Assembly: GCA_000320545.1 (NCBI GenBank)
Contig: ADNK01000542.1
Coordinates: 62,001 to 126,000, forward strand
Origin: Bigelowiella natans CCMP2755
Lineage: Eukaryota; Protista; Cercozoa
Direction of reading: 5' to 3'
Length of the DNA stretch: 64,000 nucleotides
Shown: piece by piece, positions 1 to 14,395 of the stretch
How the letters are laid out: each line of letters opens with the position of its first letter
Position numbering within the stretch: position 1 is the first letter of the stretch
Position numbers and translations under genes: made by a program
The notes under the pieces: model-generated
Seen by the model: only the letters and a program-made list of their open reading frames with translations
Told to the model about the DNA's origin: nothing
Database searches by the model: none

Positions 1-132
1 AAAAAACCAGCAGGAACACGCTTAAATACCCCAGTGATCGATTATCAGCTTTGTATCTGGAGAATGCTCCAAGAGATTCTGCAAACATCAAAAAAAGCAA
101 ATGCTACTATATTGAATATATATGATATAGTG

Positions 133-167
<35 letters not shown>

Positions 168-1459
168 TGCATATATTCAGATCATAAACCTTGATGTCGG
201 GCATGTGTTGGGGCAGCCCCTTGAAGCACATGACACCAACGGCCATTCCCTATGGCAGAGTATCATCAAACAATGGAAGAAGGCATCATGTAAGTTCGTT
301 AAGAGCGTCGTATTCCTCCTTTTAGGAGGAGGCGGAAGCTGTTTTCCCTCCTTATTTAAATATCATTCAAGTTTTCTTTTAGATTAATTTCTTGAGTGAT
401 GACCATTTCTCCAGCTTTAGCGTAAATTGCTTTCCCATTCTCATCTGACGGGTGGTTGTTATAGGCTCAGAATCAAGACCGAAGAATAGCTGCTGCTGCT
501 GCATCATGCATTCATACGGGGGCATTTCATATCGCCCCCATCCATTATTAGATGAATCACTACACTGTGCTTGTCTCACCTGCCATACTGCCCTTCCATA
601 GGTACGGATTGAACCTGTTGTACGTCAATCATCAAGCTATTTCTCCAACACCATCATCATCATAATCTTCGTTTCCACTCCCTCCTACTGCTTTCCTCCT
701 TCTAATTCTGATTTTTCAGTCACCTGAGAGCTACGAATCCATCCTTTTTTAGGCCTCTCAGGTAGCCCTCTGCTTCCACCTGGGGTTGTGAACGAACACA
801 CACAATAACGATAAAAGAAGAAGAAGAAGAAAAAGAATAAGACCAGATATCGAATATTATCGTTATTATTTGGAGTTGACAGCCGGTATCAATACTCTTA
901 TTGTTGCGCTTGAGAGCAAGCAGCAAGAATCTTAAGAAGAGGAAGAGGGAAGAGGGAGGGGACAGAAAATGCTAGGTAGCAGCAGTAATAGACGAAGAAG
1001 AAGAAGAAGAAGAAGAAGAAGAAGAAGAAGGAGAATAGCGTTGATAAGAGCATCATTAATTGATGTACTCATTCAGTTGCAAGTACCGGATCAACGGAAG
1101 GATTTGCAAGAGCCATACCCGTGAAGAACTTGGGGTATCTGACATCGCAGCATCGATAAAATGCAAGGGGGGGTGGAGGAATGGAATGAGCTTCTCACTC
1201 CTCCATTGAATATCATCAATTTCACCGCTTGTTCACCACCTCGCGATCACAGAAGCGACGTACGAATGGTCGAATCTATAGTTTATCGGTTGGACAATAA
1301 GAGCTCCTGACACCTACAAAAAGGGGAAAGACGCAGCAAGTCATTTTCCATCCTCTACGTCGTTTCATCTGTGATGCACTCGTCATCAGTAGGCCTCTCA
1401 TGCTGGGAGATATGCGCCAACTTCTAAAGCCTTTCTGCTACTACCACTACTGCTGCTAC

Positions 1460-1493
<34 letters not shown>

Positions 1494-2870
1494 TCTACGC
1501 AATAACAATAACACAAGGCAACTGCATTGTTGATGGCTGCTTCATTGGGACCTGAGCGTTCTTCGCATTCGCAACGAACTTCTCAGCGTCGCAAATATTC
1601 CTCAGAGCATCAGGAGGCTCCTGATCACCAAGCGTCGTTTCTCAATCATGAGTCAAAGCAAATTCAAATCTGTGCCATTGCTGTTATTGATACGTGATTC
1701 TAGTAATGGTCCTTACGTTGTCATATGGATGCGGTTCTGTTCCATCGCCCCAAACGTGTATATGAGAGTCAAACGTGGCACTGACACCTGCTTTCCAACC
1801 CTTTTTCAACACCGCATACAAAGAAAAACAAGGCTGCATTAGCTCCTCTTTCCATACGCACATACCACCTCCTCCTCCCCCCCCTCCTCTTAGTTATGAC
1901 GATCATAATTCACCTTTTCCGCCCAAGCTCTAATTTCCTCCGCGCTCACGCCTTCGAATCTATTGTTATTCAAGCCCATGTCAGTAACCTATTGTGCGTG
2001 CTTTTCTAAGATAGTTGTTGAGGGGGGGAGGGGGGTCGATCTTACTCGTACCCTTCTTTGCAGCTAGCTTTCTTCTTCTGCGCACTAGCAATGCAGTAGG
2101 GACGCCCTCTGTTTCGAGAAAGCATATACATAAAGTCGAATGGTTACCTCACTGCAGGCGAGATACACAAGAATTAAGTTACGTCATTTTCATGTCTTGA
2201 GCATTCCCTGTCGCAACACCAACCCCTCCTAAGAATGTAGTCAACAGCTACTCGTGAGCTTTTACGGAGCAGCATGAACGTTGTTTATCGTTTTCTCTAC
2301 ACACCGAAAACCAGAGGGGGGATAAGCCATCCGAGGACCGATGCCATTCTCCTTCTTACCATCAAATTCAATATATTATTTTTATTCGAAAAAAAGAGGG
2401 GGGAAGACGGCTGTCAACACCTTCTGTGCAGACCCCCTGAGTTACGTGATGAGCGGTGACGGCGAGTGAAATGCGCCATTCTACTATTTGAATGCGTAGA
2501 TGATTACGAGGAAAACAATGACTAATGAACGCTCTTACGGAATACGGTTTAGCGGCCGAGAGCGGTGCCCGCCGCCACCGACGAATTCTTTTAAAAATAA
2601 GGATATGAAAGAGGTTTCAGAGCCTGTTGTATCTGTCTTCTTGCGTTCATGTGATTTACTGAATAATGGCGTGGGGGATTGCAGAATCTGCTTCGAAGAA
2701 AAGAGAGCGCGCTGCATTGGTAGCGAGGTGGAGGCACAGCGCCAGGGTGAGGACGACGAAGACGACGAGGACGGCAGGACGGCGAGGCGGGTGATAGAGA
2801 GAGAGAGAGAGCTTTGAGTAGCCGACGACCGATTAAAGAAACGCCGAGAAAGGAAAGATAAACGACGCAT
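1..2870 (-). CDS. Amidohydrolase_2 family metal-dependent hydrolase (plant/algal type), multi-exon; 3' end runs off the window and 5' end is uncertain
   Basis: Minus-strand exons between GT-AG introns read ATFDSHIHVWGDG (~1720-1810), VSGALIVQPINYRFDHSYVASVIAR (~1240-1313), YPKFFTGMALANPSVDP, GFVALR-FNPYLW, AVGVMCFKGL and KLIIDHWG (~30-80). These match the DxHxH, IVQP, RFNPYLW and IDH motifs of the family. Candidate start is MRRLSFLSRR at 2870. Confidence 0.85.
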
Positions 2871-3201
2871 GTTATACCGGTATCCCGTCTAATCACTGGC
2901 CCAATATCACAAAGAAAGTCGGTCTCACTCTGTGCACAGTCGCATGCCAACCAAGAGAAATAACCGTCCCAAATCCGCAACGAGAAGCCGTCGGTCTGCT
3001 CTCGTTTTCGCCCAAGATTTGCGGCGATTTCCCGTTTTTGTTCGGCGCGAATGAGTCATCAGTGGCCAGCTTACCGGGTGCAACCGGTCGGTGAAAAGCT
3101 TATCGGCAGCCTGACCTCAAACACAAGAAAAACTTAGTTCGTGCGCCAACAACCTCGGTTTTAGCAGACAACGATACGATATCGTTCCTTCGAAGTGAAA
3201 A

Positions 3202-4879
3202 ATGGCATGTGTCTCCAAGAGATTGGCCTGCTGCAAGAGAAGAGGTGCGTCTGAAGCCACGAGACAAACTACGAGAGACGAGACAAGTACGATCTTTTCA
3301 AGTTGAGACAAATAGCATGTAGTGTCGGATGGAAGAGCTTCCTGAATCAAAGGAGACCTTTCTTCTGCGACTTGACGACCATGCCAAATGGCGATAATTT
3401 TGGGTGGAAATCACCAGCGGAAGGAAGAGTCAAAGGTCTTGAACAGGGACGGCACATTCGGGCAGATTCTGATAGAATCACCTGAATTTTTCCTCAGGAC
3501 GGTCTGGTAAACAAATCAGCCAAGAAATGTCGAAACAAGCGAAGAAAGACCACATCCAATTCAAGTATGACACAACGATATACTTAAGTCGCATGGAAAA
3601 ATAGCCATATTTTATGTAATTTTGAGCGTTCCTAACGATCTGTGGTAGGATTACTAGGTATGTCTCCTTTTCCAACGCACTTCTTCTTCTTCGTCAACCC
3701 AAAAAAAGACGAGAGTCGTACATAGCCCATTCCTGCTTACCCCCCTCAGGCCATCGACCAATCTTGAGCCACATGAACAGTGGAGGACCAACAGGCCATT
3801 GCGGTCCTGTTTGTCGCGCGTAAGTTGGTCGCTGTTCTTTTTTTCTTTCGCGATTAATGTTGTTCGCCTTTTCAGGACTCTACCATTGATCTATGTGGCT
3901 ATTTTTTTGGTCTGCCTCGGGCAGGTGCTTCCTTCGATTCAAATTGAAATATTGTATCAACTGAAGAGCGAATGAAGTTTAGTTGACATTTTCCATATTG
4001 ACAATTAGTTCGTGGGGTTTTCAATTTGGCTAAAACGCAACCGGAGGAGGGCGGCTGTTTGGGCGGACAAAAACGCGGCAAGGAAGACCATTCTTCCTAT
4101 CTATGACTGGGTCGGCACGCCGCATGAAATCTTGGAGAGTTTGTACATTTGTTTGATAATTTGTTCTCATCCTATACTACTACAGGTCTTATATTGGGAA
4201 ATCCTCTACATTATTTGCCGAGCGGGGTACCATCATCATTCATTATTCATCATTCATCATCATCATCATCATCCTTTTTTGTCACTCCCATCATCACTTA
4301 TTTAAAACAAACCGTTCTGACGATATTATTCTCGTTTAGGTACATCTATTACATTCAGCAGCGATTCGCAGAACACATATGGGGCACCACGGTAGCTGGC
4401 TTAACCTAACCCTTTCAGCCTGGGAAGCAATAAATGGCGTGTATATGCTAACGTTAACAGTCGTAACAACAAATCCTAGGTTATTTTTTGCGCCAGCAAG
4501 ATATCCCAATACTTCGTATTGAGTTACCTCGTGCAGCATCGAATGGGGTGAGTTACGCGCTTCGTAGTAAGAATTCAAAAGGAGGTGCATGGTGGTGGTT
4601 TCTGAGCTTGTTTCCCTACATTAGGTATGCAGCCGTTGGCCGTGCAATATTCGTATCGCTGTGGCTTTTTTCGATAACGATTGTCCTGCACGTGAAGAAC
4701 AGGTTTGTTTTCGCACCGCCTCTCAAGTTGACCAGAAGCTCGTTTCATCGTATCTATTGTTTCCCCCCTCCTTCTATATTTCCCAAAAAGATTATGGGAG
4801 TATCTACTGGACTTGATAATATTCACTTCTGTCCTCTCATACGCTTACGGTCAACGAACGAGCAGGTTGCGTAGTGCCA

Positions 4880-4911
<32 letters not shown>

Positions 4912-5425
4912 AGTAGCGATGATTAGAACCGAACAAGAGAGTTTACCATAATCTCGAAATGCCTCACCAAATGACGATGTAAAACCTACATTGCGATGTA
5001 ATCATTACTGAAACGATAATTTGTTGTTGAAGCCAAAGTGTTCTGACAAGTATTCTTTATTGTTGTGCAGATATCGATACTTCGTGTGGTACTTGGGCTA
5101 CCTAATTACCCTCTCAGCAGTTGCGGCGTGCATGTTCGGAGGGTATTATTATTTCTATCAATCCATCACTACTCGTGACTACATAGAAGAGAAACAAATA
5201 TTAGTACGAGCCGTACAAATAGTTGGACACTAACGTGGTGGTAGGTTGGTGAGAGCTTCGGCGTGGACGAGATTAGTTCTCCTCATCTTCTCCGACTTCT
5301 GTCGCGTAGCGGTGAGTATTCGATCAATATCGTTGAAGAAAACTAAAAGACACAATAATGACATCTTTCTTCGTTCTCGCTATCTTAACGCGGCCAACTC
5401 AAGTCGCGCTCTTTATTTGTTACTC

Positions 5426-5462
<37 letters not shown>

Positions 5463-7221
5463 TCCCAAGCGCTGCATACTTCGCAAAACAATTCCGAGAG
5501 AGAGATCAACATTATATAAGACCGATGGAAATTTAAATTATTGCTACTATAACCACCACCACCACCACCACTACAACTAAAATTACTACTACCACCACAA
5601 CTACTACTACTACTACGAAGTTGTTAGAAATCCCCTCACACCGTTGAAGATCGCCGACTACGTTTTGACTTTGGTCTGTATGAATTTGAATAGATACATC
5701 CTGGGCTGCTCTTAATGGTGCTGCTTGCTGACTCGCAGTGGTGGCGAAGTCTCAGGTACTATGCAATGCTGCTGCTGCTGCTGTAATGGGTCAAATTGTT
5801 GACGAATTCGGATATATTCTCGCACCCTTCAAGACCCTTTCTTTGTGCGTAACAACTCCTCTGACACTGGTCTACCTGTTTGAATTACTCGTCGTCGATT
5901 TCTGCAGCGACTCCATCATTCGCATGGGCGTTCGGCCCTCGATGAGCTTTAAGAGACTAAAGAGGTTCAGAGAACATAATCCGAGTCTTTTTCATTAATT
6001 GGGTGATTGTGGTTGTTTTTCGATTGTCATCGTCCCTAAAACTCTTTCTTCTTCTTCCTTCAGTAAAGCAAGATCCAGATCCTCTCTAGAGCTAGGTGAA
6101 GACCTTCCCGTCACAACAGTCCAAGAAACCCTGCGAACGCATCTGCAGCTCATCGACTACTGCACGTTGGATTTTTACACGTTTGAGTACCTAGACAAGG
6201 GTTCAAAGGTAGGAACAAACGACGCATATTTTGCTTCTATCTCACATCACCATCATCATCATCATCACACCGTCTCCTCCCTCCTCCTCCTCCTCCTCTT
6301 CCTGATCGATCATCCATCCATCCTAGGGGGAGGTGAGAAGATGCAAGTGGAAGCCAAAGGGAGATATGAAAGGAATAGACGTAGCTCTCAAGTCCTTTGG
6401 AAAGGTAATTGCTTGCAGCACTACTGTCTGCTATTTTTCGTTGGAGAAGAGGGAGATTCCCATGATGGCTAAGAACACCTACACACATCACAAACACATC
6501 ATTTCCCTAGTGATATGATCTAAGGGCGTCGTCATCTAACAACTTGCGTCGTGTGCGTTGTGTATGTACCAACTAAAGAACGATATATCGTTGGAAGAAA
6601 TGCTGCAGATTGGAAAAGAGGTAACACTTACAAACGAAGAGAAGACGAGACTGATAATGTGTATTTGGCCTGTTTGCTGTACAATCCCAATCTTGCTCTT
6701 ATGCTATTCTTGCTTAGGCCTTTCTGTCAGCACGGCTAGAACACCCCAACATAGTCAAGTTCTTCGGTCTTTGCATATCACCACCGTCCGTGCATTTGGT
6801 AATATGACTACTACAATTTATGAGTCACCATCATCATTCGTGCATGCAAAGGTCCAGCAGCTCCTCGCAGTTGTTACAGTTGCGACTGAAGCTATTGCTC
6901 TGAAATTGATGTTGTATTGTATCGATGATGCAGGTCTATGAGTACTGCTCAGAGCGTAGTCTCAGACATGTACTCAGAAACGGCAAGTTAAAATTAAACT
7001 GGGCAATGAGAGTCAGCTTCGCACTGCACGCAGCTCGTGGCTTGAGCGCCCTCCACAAGCAAAATATGATTCATAGGTAAGGGGTATTTTGGGGGGGAAG
7101 GGGGAGGAGAGAGGAGAAACAGAGGAGAGGCGGGACTATGGCCGTAATTTTGTGTTTTTAAGATTAGAATATGTGAATCATACACGGACACTGAACGATA
7201 TTTTCCTTTCCGCCTCCTCCC

Positions 7222-7266
<45 letters not shown>

Positions 7267-8913
7267 CTCTCCCTCTCCCTCTCTCTTACACACACATACA
7301 CAAACTGCACTGCCCTCTTTGAGCTTGTCCCTTTTTACATACATGCACAGAGATATAAAGTCTCGGAATCTTTTGGTTCACTTTGATGGCCATAGGTGTG
7401 TGTCAGTATATTATCTCTACTACCAACTGCAAGATCATGTTGATAACGACTTGGCCATGCAAACATAGGCACACACACGCACACGCACACAGGCAAACCG
7501 TCAAATAAATCATACTACTTATCATTCCGGCAGACGACCATTACTGAAACATGTATTTATATTATTAAATATATATATAATTGGCACAAATTCACCGTTC
7601 AGATACGTGGTGAAGCTCTGCGATTTCGGCTCAGCCCGACTAATCGCCGAGGACCAGAATAATCGGTTTTCTTCTTCTTCTTCCTCCGGAGGGTACTACC
7701 AGAGCAAAAAGAATAGTAGGTCGGGTACCTCTCCTCCTTCGCAGGAGGGAGAGGGGAAGAGACTCAACTGTGTCAGGAGTATCTTTAGAACGATATGCTG
7801 TGCAACGAGCGATCATAGCCGACATCACGTCGGGATGAATGGGAGAAGGCACGAGGCGTCAGATGAGCGATATATGACCTACATGACCGCTGTAGTCGGT
7901 ACCTTAGCATATATGGCCCCGGAGCTCATGCCTCCTGATTTCCCCTTCACGTCAGAGGTATAGCATGTTTATATTATATTCTGAATTTTCTCTAGACTCA
8001 TGAAATAGCAGATCCCATGGCAAAATGACTAAAATTCAGCTTGGAGACAACACCACATACGCTAACTACCTAGCTACTAGTGCTGCTTTATTATTATCTT
8101 ATATTCTGTGATATTTACCACACTGGTTTCCTCCTCCTCCTCCTCCTCCTCCTCCTCCTCCACCACCAAAACCCCTTCTTTCATTCAGTCTGTGGAACAT
8201 GCTTCATACGGCCTTTCAGCAGATATATTCAGCTTCGGATACGTTATATGGGAACTGCTGACCAGACGGCTGCCTTACTATGCTCTCAAAGACGTACGAA
8301 CGCTTCTAAGGTCTGTTTTGAGGGGGGGGAGACCTCCTGTTCCCCTCTGCCCTTCGCATTACAGAGAAATCATGCTCGAATGCTGGCACCAAGATCCAAG
8401 CAAACGACCAACAATAGATAAACTCGTCAGACATCTTGAGGTATTGATTATGTTTAACGGTCATCATGAATTATACTAGAAACGACCACGACCACGACGA
8501 TGACACAAGACAAAATCTCCCGAGCAGCTTTGATTTAACCTCATACTGACAGCGGCTGATATCATGTTCTTTTCCACGCAACAACAGATGGCTCACGAAC
8601 AGGCCTTGAAAATGGACTTTGAATGCTTAGATGCAAATAGTGCTTCTTTTGAAGGGGTTGTAACAACTTACTTTCCCTCCACCAAAAAGACGGTGTTTAC
8701 CCTACATTACAGAGCCTTGTGTCATTTAAGATCTCCCCTCCTCCTCCCCCTCCTCCTCCTCCTGCTCCTCAGGTTGCATTTCCATGGGACAAACACCATA
8801 GAACCCCACCCCTACACCGCTTGGATCACAGTATGTACCAACGGGGATTGATGAGCCCTGCAGCTAGAGGCTTTGGGTTACCAAGGAATGTCCAAGACTT
8901 AGCCAGAGAAGCT

Positions 8914-8916
<3 letters not shown>
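3202..8916 (+). CDS. Multi-pass membrane (GPCR-like) domain fused to a tyrosine-kinase-like (TKL) protein kinase, many exons
   Basis: Kinase motifs are spread over exons: LDKGSK/GEVRRCKW, VALK (~6385), LEHPNIVKFFG (~6740), VYEYC, HR/DIKSRNLLV (7070/7350), KLCDFG (7615), GTLAYMAPE (~7900), ADIFSFGYVIWELLT and CWHQDPSKRPT. Upstream exons are hydrophobic: LIYVAIFLVCLGQ-FVGFSIWL, AARKTILPIY, AIFVSLWLFSITIVL, YLGYLITLSAVAA, LLLMVLLADSQWWRSL. There is a Pro-rich tail to 8916. Confidence 0.85.
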
Positions 8917-8952
<36 letters not shown>

Positions 8953-9842
8953 TAGTAGTAGGATATATACCTACATCGGTTTACGGGATCGGTCCCGAAT
9001 GCTACATATTGCGTTTATTAGAACCTGATATTTTGTCAATTAGACATAATCAATCCATATCCTATGCATCAATGAATGATAGGACTTCAATACTTTAATT
9101 CCCATTAAACTACCTTAGCCAGCTATGACTTACTTGGTTCGAATACGATCCTGCATGTATTGCAGAGCTCATCTAGCGCAGCATGTGCCGATACGCTTCA
9201 CAGTGCTTGTCGAAGTAGGACACTGCAAAGCGCGCCCACTAGCGACATGCAAATTAAAGCCTCCCTAAAATGTGATCCCATCTAGCCATGTGGCTTAGAA
9301 TGTTATACCTGCTGCATGAATTTGTGACTGCATCAAAACCTTCTAATCGATCTAGTAACGTACTGACAGCTTTACCATGCGCGCATGCGAGAAATACTAC
9401 GAATGTCTATCTATGTACACAGACGAACGGCCACCATGTAAAAACTAGTTCTTGACAGGTACATGGGCTCTGCTAGCAGTGGCCTAGCTAGCTAGGGGCC
9501 TCGCTGTGTCTAGCTAGGCGTGTTGAGTTTATCTAGCAGAAATCCGCAGTGGTGGTTGATGCATATCTAGATATGCTCTAGATACCATGCTAGAGTGCGC
9601 GATGGCAGTGATGCCATGCTGGCATTATTATATTCATTAGAGTTTATTGCCAATGAACTCATGCAGGCAGCGAACAAGCAGAAGCTCATACATATATTAA
9701 TATTATTTTAGGTTCTACTACAGTGGCATATCGCAAAATTGAATAGGCACCTACGTGTGCCATAGTCGAGCGTAATGAGCGTTGGTTTGAGCAGTGTTGT
9801 TAGAGGAACACCTACAGCAAACTTCATATACTAGTCGCATCA

Positions 9843-11191
9843 CTAACATTTGTGTTGGTGAGCTACGATGATCTCATTCCGACACTTCTCATCACATTGA
9901 CCTGCGCAAAACTCGTACGATGATATCTTCCCATCCCTAGATTGCTGACATGCTTCCTTTGCGTTGCCACTGTGGTTCGATCGCATGCCTAGTGCAGCTG
10001 CATCAGGATCTCGAGCTAAAAGTGGATGACATAAGGCCCCATGAACAATTTGTCCATTCCTTGAAAGAGTCTGGAGATTATAGGAAAGCAAGCATTCGGG
10101 ATATATTGCATTTATCCGCAAGGCTGGAGGACATATACTCTTGAGTAAGCTCTTTTGGAGACATTTTGGAGTTGCAGAAAAGTTTAATGCGAGGTGTGCG
10201 AAGGAACGAGGCATCAAGAAGGCCATATCATTAAAACCGTTGTCATTTTGGGGTGTGACAAAGAACCCCCTCTGATTCTGCTGCTGCTTTACTGTCATGC
10301 TTCCCATTGGATGTACTTGAGCAAGGATGTTAGCATCTAAAGCATCATGAACAAAGAGCGAGTCTGGACGATGCTTAAAAACCCAGCTATATTTCTTCAA
10401 GCATTTTATTTCTTCGTCCACAACTTGTTCATAGCATGAAGTGAATCTCTGCTGGAGTATGTGCGCGGCTTTGTCCCATATCAGCATCTGACCGATTACC
10501 AACATTGCTTTACATTGAGGTGAAATAACTGGAGCTTTCACATTTGCTTCGAATGCCCTCGCTGTACGTCGGCAAGAAGGCCATAGGTACTCTAAATCTT
10601 GAAAATCCTTTGAAGACATGCCTTTCTTGTCCGTGTTCACAAATATGTCCACATTTGCGATTCCTCCCTGAATGCGTTCATAGTACATCGTCACTTTCAT
10701 CAATATAGATAACTATTTGTAGAGTTATCATCGATTTCAAAATTAATTCCTGCTCTCTTCTAGATAAATGTGAGTTATATTATTACGACAACCAGAGGCG
10801 CAACGACGTACTTCAAGAAGTTATCTATGAATCCAATCTTCCCCATTTTCTCCAATCGGTTCCCTATGAGACAAACTGCAACTTTGGCATCAGTGCAATT
10901 TGCATCGGCTCTAGCGTCTCGATGGCCTTTCTTCGACATAGAAACCACCTTGTTGACGTGTGGTTTGATGCTGTTATACGTGGCCTTATTGATGCTATAG
11001 AAATCCTCACCCATTAAAAGAACTGCATTTGCTACGATGAGTAATCCACATACAAACAACATTGCGAGCAAACCATGAAAGCACAAGCGTCTCTTGCTCT
11101 GCAAGTTTGGTAGACAAGTGATCGTTCTCCGTACTCCGAAACTACTGCATCTCTTCCACCTGCCGCTGCCTTCTTTTCTTGACCCAGGCAT
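9843..11191 (-). CDS. Type II membrane protein, possibly glycosyltransferase-like, two exons
   Basis: ORFs 10775-11191 (N-terminal TM LLAMLFVCGLLIVANAVLL, then VAVCLIGNRL) and 9843-10703 (WVFKHRPD, GFNDMAF) are separated by a short gap consistent with an intron. Confidence 0.6.
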
Positions 11192-11771
11192 CGAATCATA
11201 TATCTTGGAGAGGCATTACTCTGATGACGCTACTTCTGCATGCCATCAGATTGGCGTCGACAACAGTTGCACTACTACCAAGGAGCTATGAGCGATCTTT
11301 CGGTCGGAGAGAGGGGATAGGGTTCTTTCTTCGAGTTGATTCGAGGTTCGAAAAGTACTGCATTTCCACCTGAAATCCAGGCCATTTTATGAATCGCGAC
11401 AACTGAGAAACACGTTGAGCACAGTTGCCATTAGATTATGACAGTGCGACATCATTACATTCGTGTCGCATTAAAGAAATTTCTGGCATTTTTCCACCGG
11501 AAAACGCGGACACATATCGCCCCCCCCCCCCCTCCCCTGATCCAGCTACAGCTAATCACCGAAGTGAAGACGGACAATAATTCCAGAAGAAAACTGCGTG
11601 ATTTGCCTAAAAGACGTCCCTATTAAAGCCAAATTTCTACTCTCGTTCGTGCACAGGGCTCAACTGTGCACGGCGCGGGTGTCTCGTTCAAAGAACGTTT
11701 TGTCTTTCACAAAGCTCCCCTTTCAGCAACTATCATACTCCTAATTGAGTGTTGACGTGCATAAATCTGTG

Positions 11772-13168
11772 ATGATGCTCAGCCAAGAACGTCATCAATT
11801 GCCTTCGTTGAAAGTAGCTATCACAACCCGCCAACGAGCATTTTGTGCTTATGTCTGGCTCGCAGTTTTCCTCCTGATAGTCAATTCAGCTCTTCTGAGG
11901 ATCCCCCTGGGTGATGTAGACGCAAGCTTCAGCTCTAAACTAAAGATGTGGCCCACCAGGATGGGAGAACTCAGTAGAGGCGTTAGAGGGCGCAGCGGCA
12001 GCAGCACAGTTGTACATGGGCTTAACAAACCATTTCGGTACAATCATCATCGAGGAGGCAGCACCAGCAGCATAAGCAATAGTTTCACACTACAGCCATC
12101 ATTACCGTTGTTTTCGTCACCACCAAAGTCACGGTCGTCGTTCTCCTCAATCGTAGCGGGGCTGCTGATTCCTGGAGAATCTCAACATCTAGCAAATTCT
12201 AGAAGCAAGCTCCGATCTTCATCATCACCACAAAACAGCAGGTCACTGTGGATGATGATGACGACGACAACGATGATGATAATAATAATAACCGTTTACT
12301 TGCTTCTGTTTATACCCGGTTTACTGATTAATCTGCTCCATTTGACAAAATTAAACAACAGGATCGGAGATAGCAGTGCTTGGACCAGACGTCCGCAAGT
12401 TATAATTAGCACGCGAGCATCTGCGAACAACGAGGATAATGAAGATGTGCGTCGCTATTGCGTAGTAGAGAGCACTCTAATCAGCAACGTTGCCTTCAAC
12501 TTAGTTCCCTTTGAGCAATAATGATGGATGCTTTCAGGTGAATGAGTTCGGAATGGAGATAGATTTGGGCGATCTGGAGCCAGAGGACCTAGCCGAAGAA
12601 GAAGGTCGTCAACATCTCTTTGCATCTATCTTGAACAAACGCTGAATGAACATGGGCCGATGTTTGTTTTATGCTTTTCGCAGAAGAGGAAGAAGAGGAG
12701 GAGGAAGATGATATGCAAGATGATTCAATCGAGGATATTGACAATCAGGTAGCGGCAGTGGTGAGAGTAGAGGAGCACATAGAGATGTTGCGGCTTCATA
12801 CTGATATATTTAGTGTAATAATACGAACGCGAGCCAGTGAGGTATTGTATCCATACTGCTGGCTTTAGCTACCCTACCTCTTGTCTCTTGGCCTGGAAGA
12901 ATTCTTTCCTGAAAGCAGAATTGATGGTGTTGTTAGGTGTTATCTTCGGATGATATTGACCAGCTCCAAGACATGGTTTGTACTTTAGCAGCAGCAGCAG
13001 CAGCAACAACTAGTTTAATAAGGAGAAGGAAAGGAGGGGGAGGTGGAGGAGGAGGAGGAGGAGGAGGAGGAGGAGGAGGAAGGCGGGTTGAGGGAGTAGA
13101 TGTTGTTAGATAAACTATGTAGTACTTAAAAATGATTATTTGTATCCTAACTTATATTATTTTCCGTT

Positions 13169-13221
<53 letters not shown>

Positions 13222-13668
13222 GTGTGTGCGCCGCGTGTGTGTATGTGTGTTTGTTTTCAATGTTGCATCAGAACACCGAGGAGGAAGATGACCCATCTCT
13301 AGTAAGTACAAATCTTTATATCTCTGAGTATCATCATTTGCCAGTCAGCATAAACGTATCTTGTTGGCATTACTTGTTCATCTTCATCATCTTCATCATT
13401 GTTCATCAATCTTTTAGTTTGAGGAGGATGAGTACGAGGAGGAAGAAGAAAATGAAGAGAGATCGTCATCGAAATCTGGGAGAAAGAGTGCAACATCAAC
13501 AACAGCAGCGGCAGCAAAAGGAGTCTCTTTGAACTCACAATTTGGTATAGTAATAGTAGCAGCAGCAGCATCAGTAATATGAGGGTTGGAAAGGGTTACT
13601 TTACTTTGTTTGTTGTTTGCTTTCTGGCACTACTTCACATCCATTGATTCATTGGCTGCTGGATAAGT

Positions 13669-13713
<45 letters not shown>

Positions 13714-14361
13714 GTAAATATCAGCAGCAGAGGAGGAGGAGGAGGATGAGGACGATAACTCTGTTTTTGAAGGAATAGAAGGTGAAGAGGATGTGGAAGA
13801 AGAAGAAGAAGAAGAAGGCGAAGGAGGAGATATTGAAGATGATAGCTCACTTGAGGTACTAGTCTTGTATTTGACGTTGATGTTGTTGGTGATGCTTTAT
13901 CTATCGATTGGTGGTAAGAGTAGCGAACAATGAGAATAAACGAGATGTTTCATTTGTGTTGCCCGGCTGTGCTGTGGTTGCCATCAGGCTGCGCTTCTGG
14001 GTTTGGATGAAGATGATCAAGGTGCAGATGCTGTCGGCATGGAAGGCGACGAGGGCAAGGACGATGACGAGGAGAATGGCGATTCATCGTCAAGCTCTAA
14101 AGCAGCATCCTCCGCCTCCTCCTCAAAGTCTCCCAAGCCAAAACCGAAAATCAAACCGAAGAAGGTACTACTACATGTGACATAATTTTATGAAAAAGTA
14201 CACGAAAGAACATCATTTGTTGGAATTGTTCCGCCAACGTTGAGTCAGCATCCGCTCCTCCTCCTCATCGATCGTCTTTTTTCTCCTCCTCCTCCTCCTC
14301 CTCCTTCTCCTCCCTTCCATAGTCATGGGACAAACGCGATGTTATGCGGGATGCAGATAAT

Positions 14362-14395
<34 letters not shown>

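Noticed and set aside
1240-1313. GALIVQPINYRF as an AMP-binding (acyl-CoA ligase) motif
   Set aside because: Neighbouring exons (DSHIHVW, RFNPYLW, IIDHW) fit amidohydrolase_2 instead.
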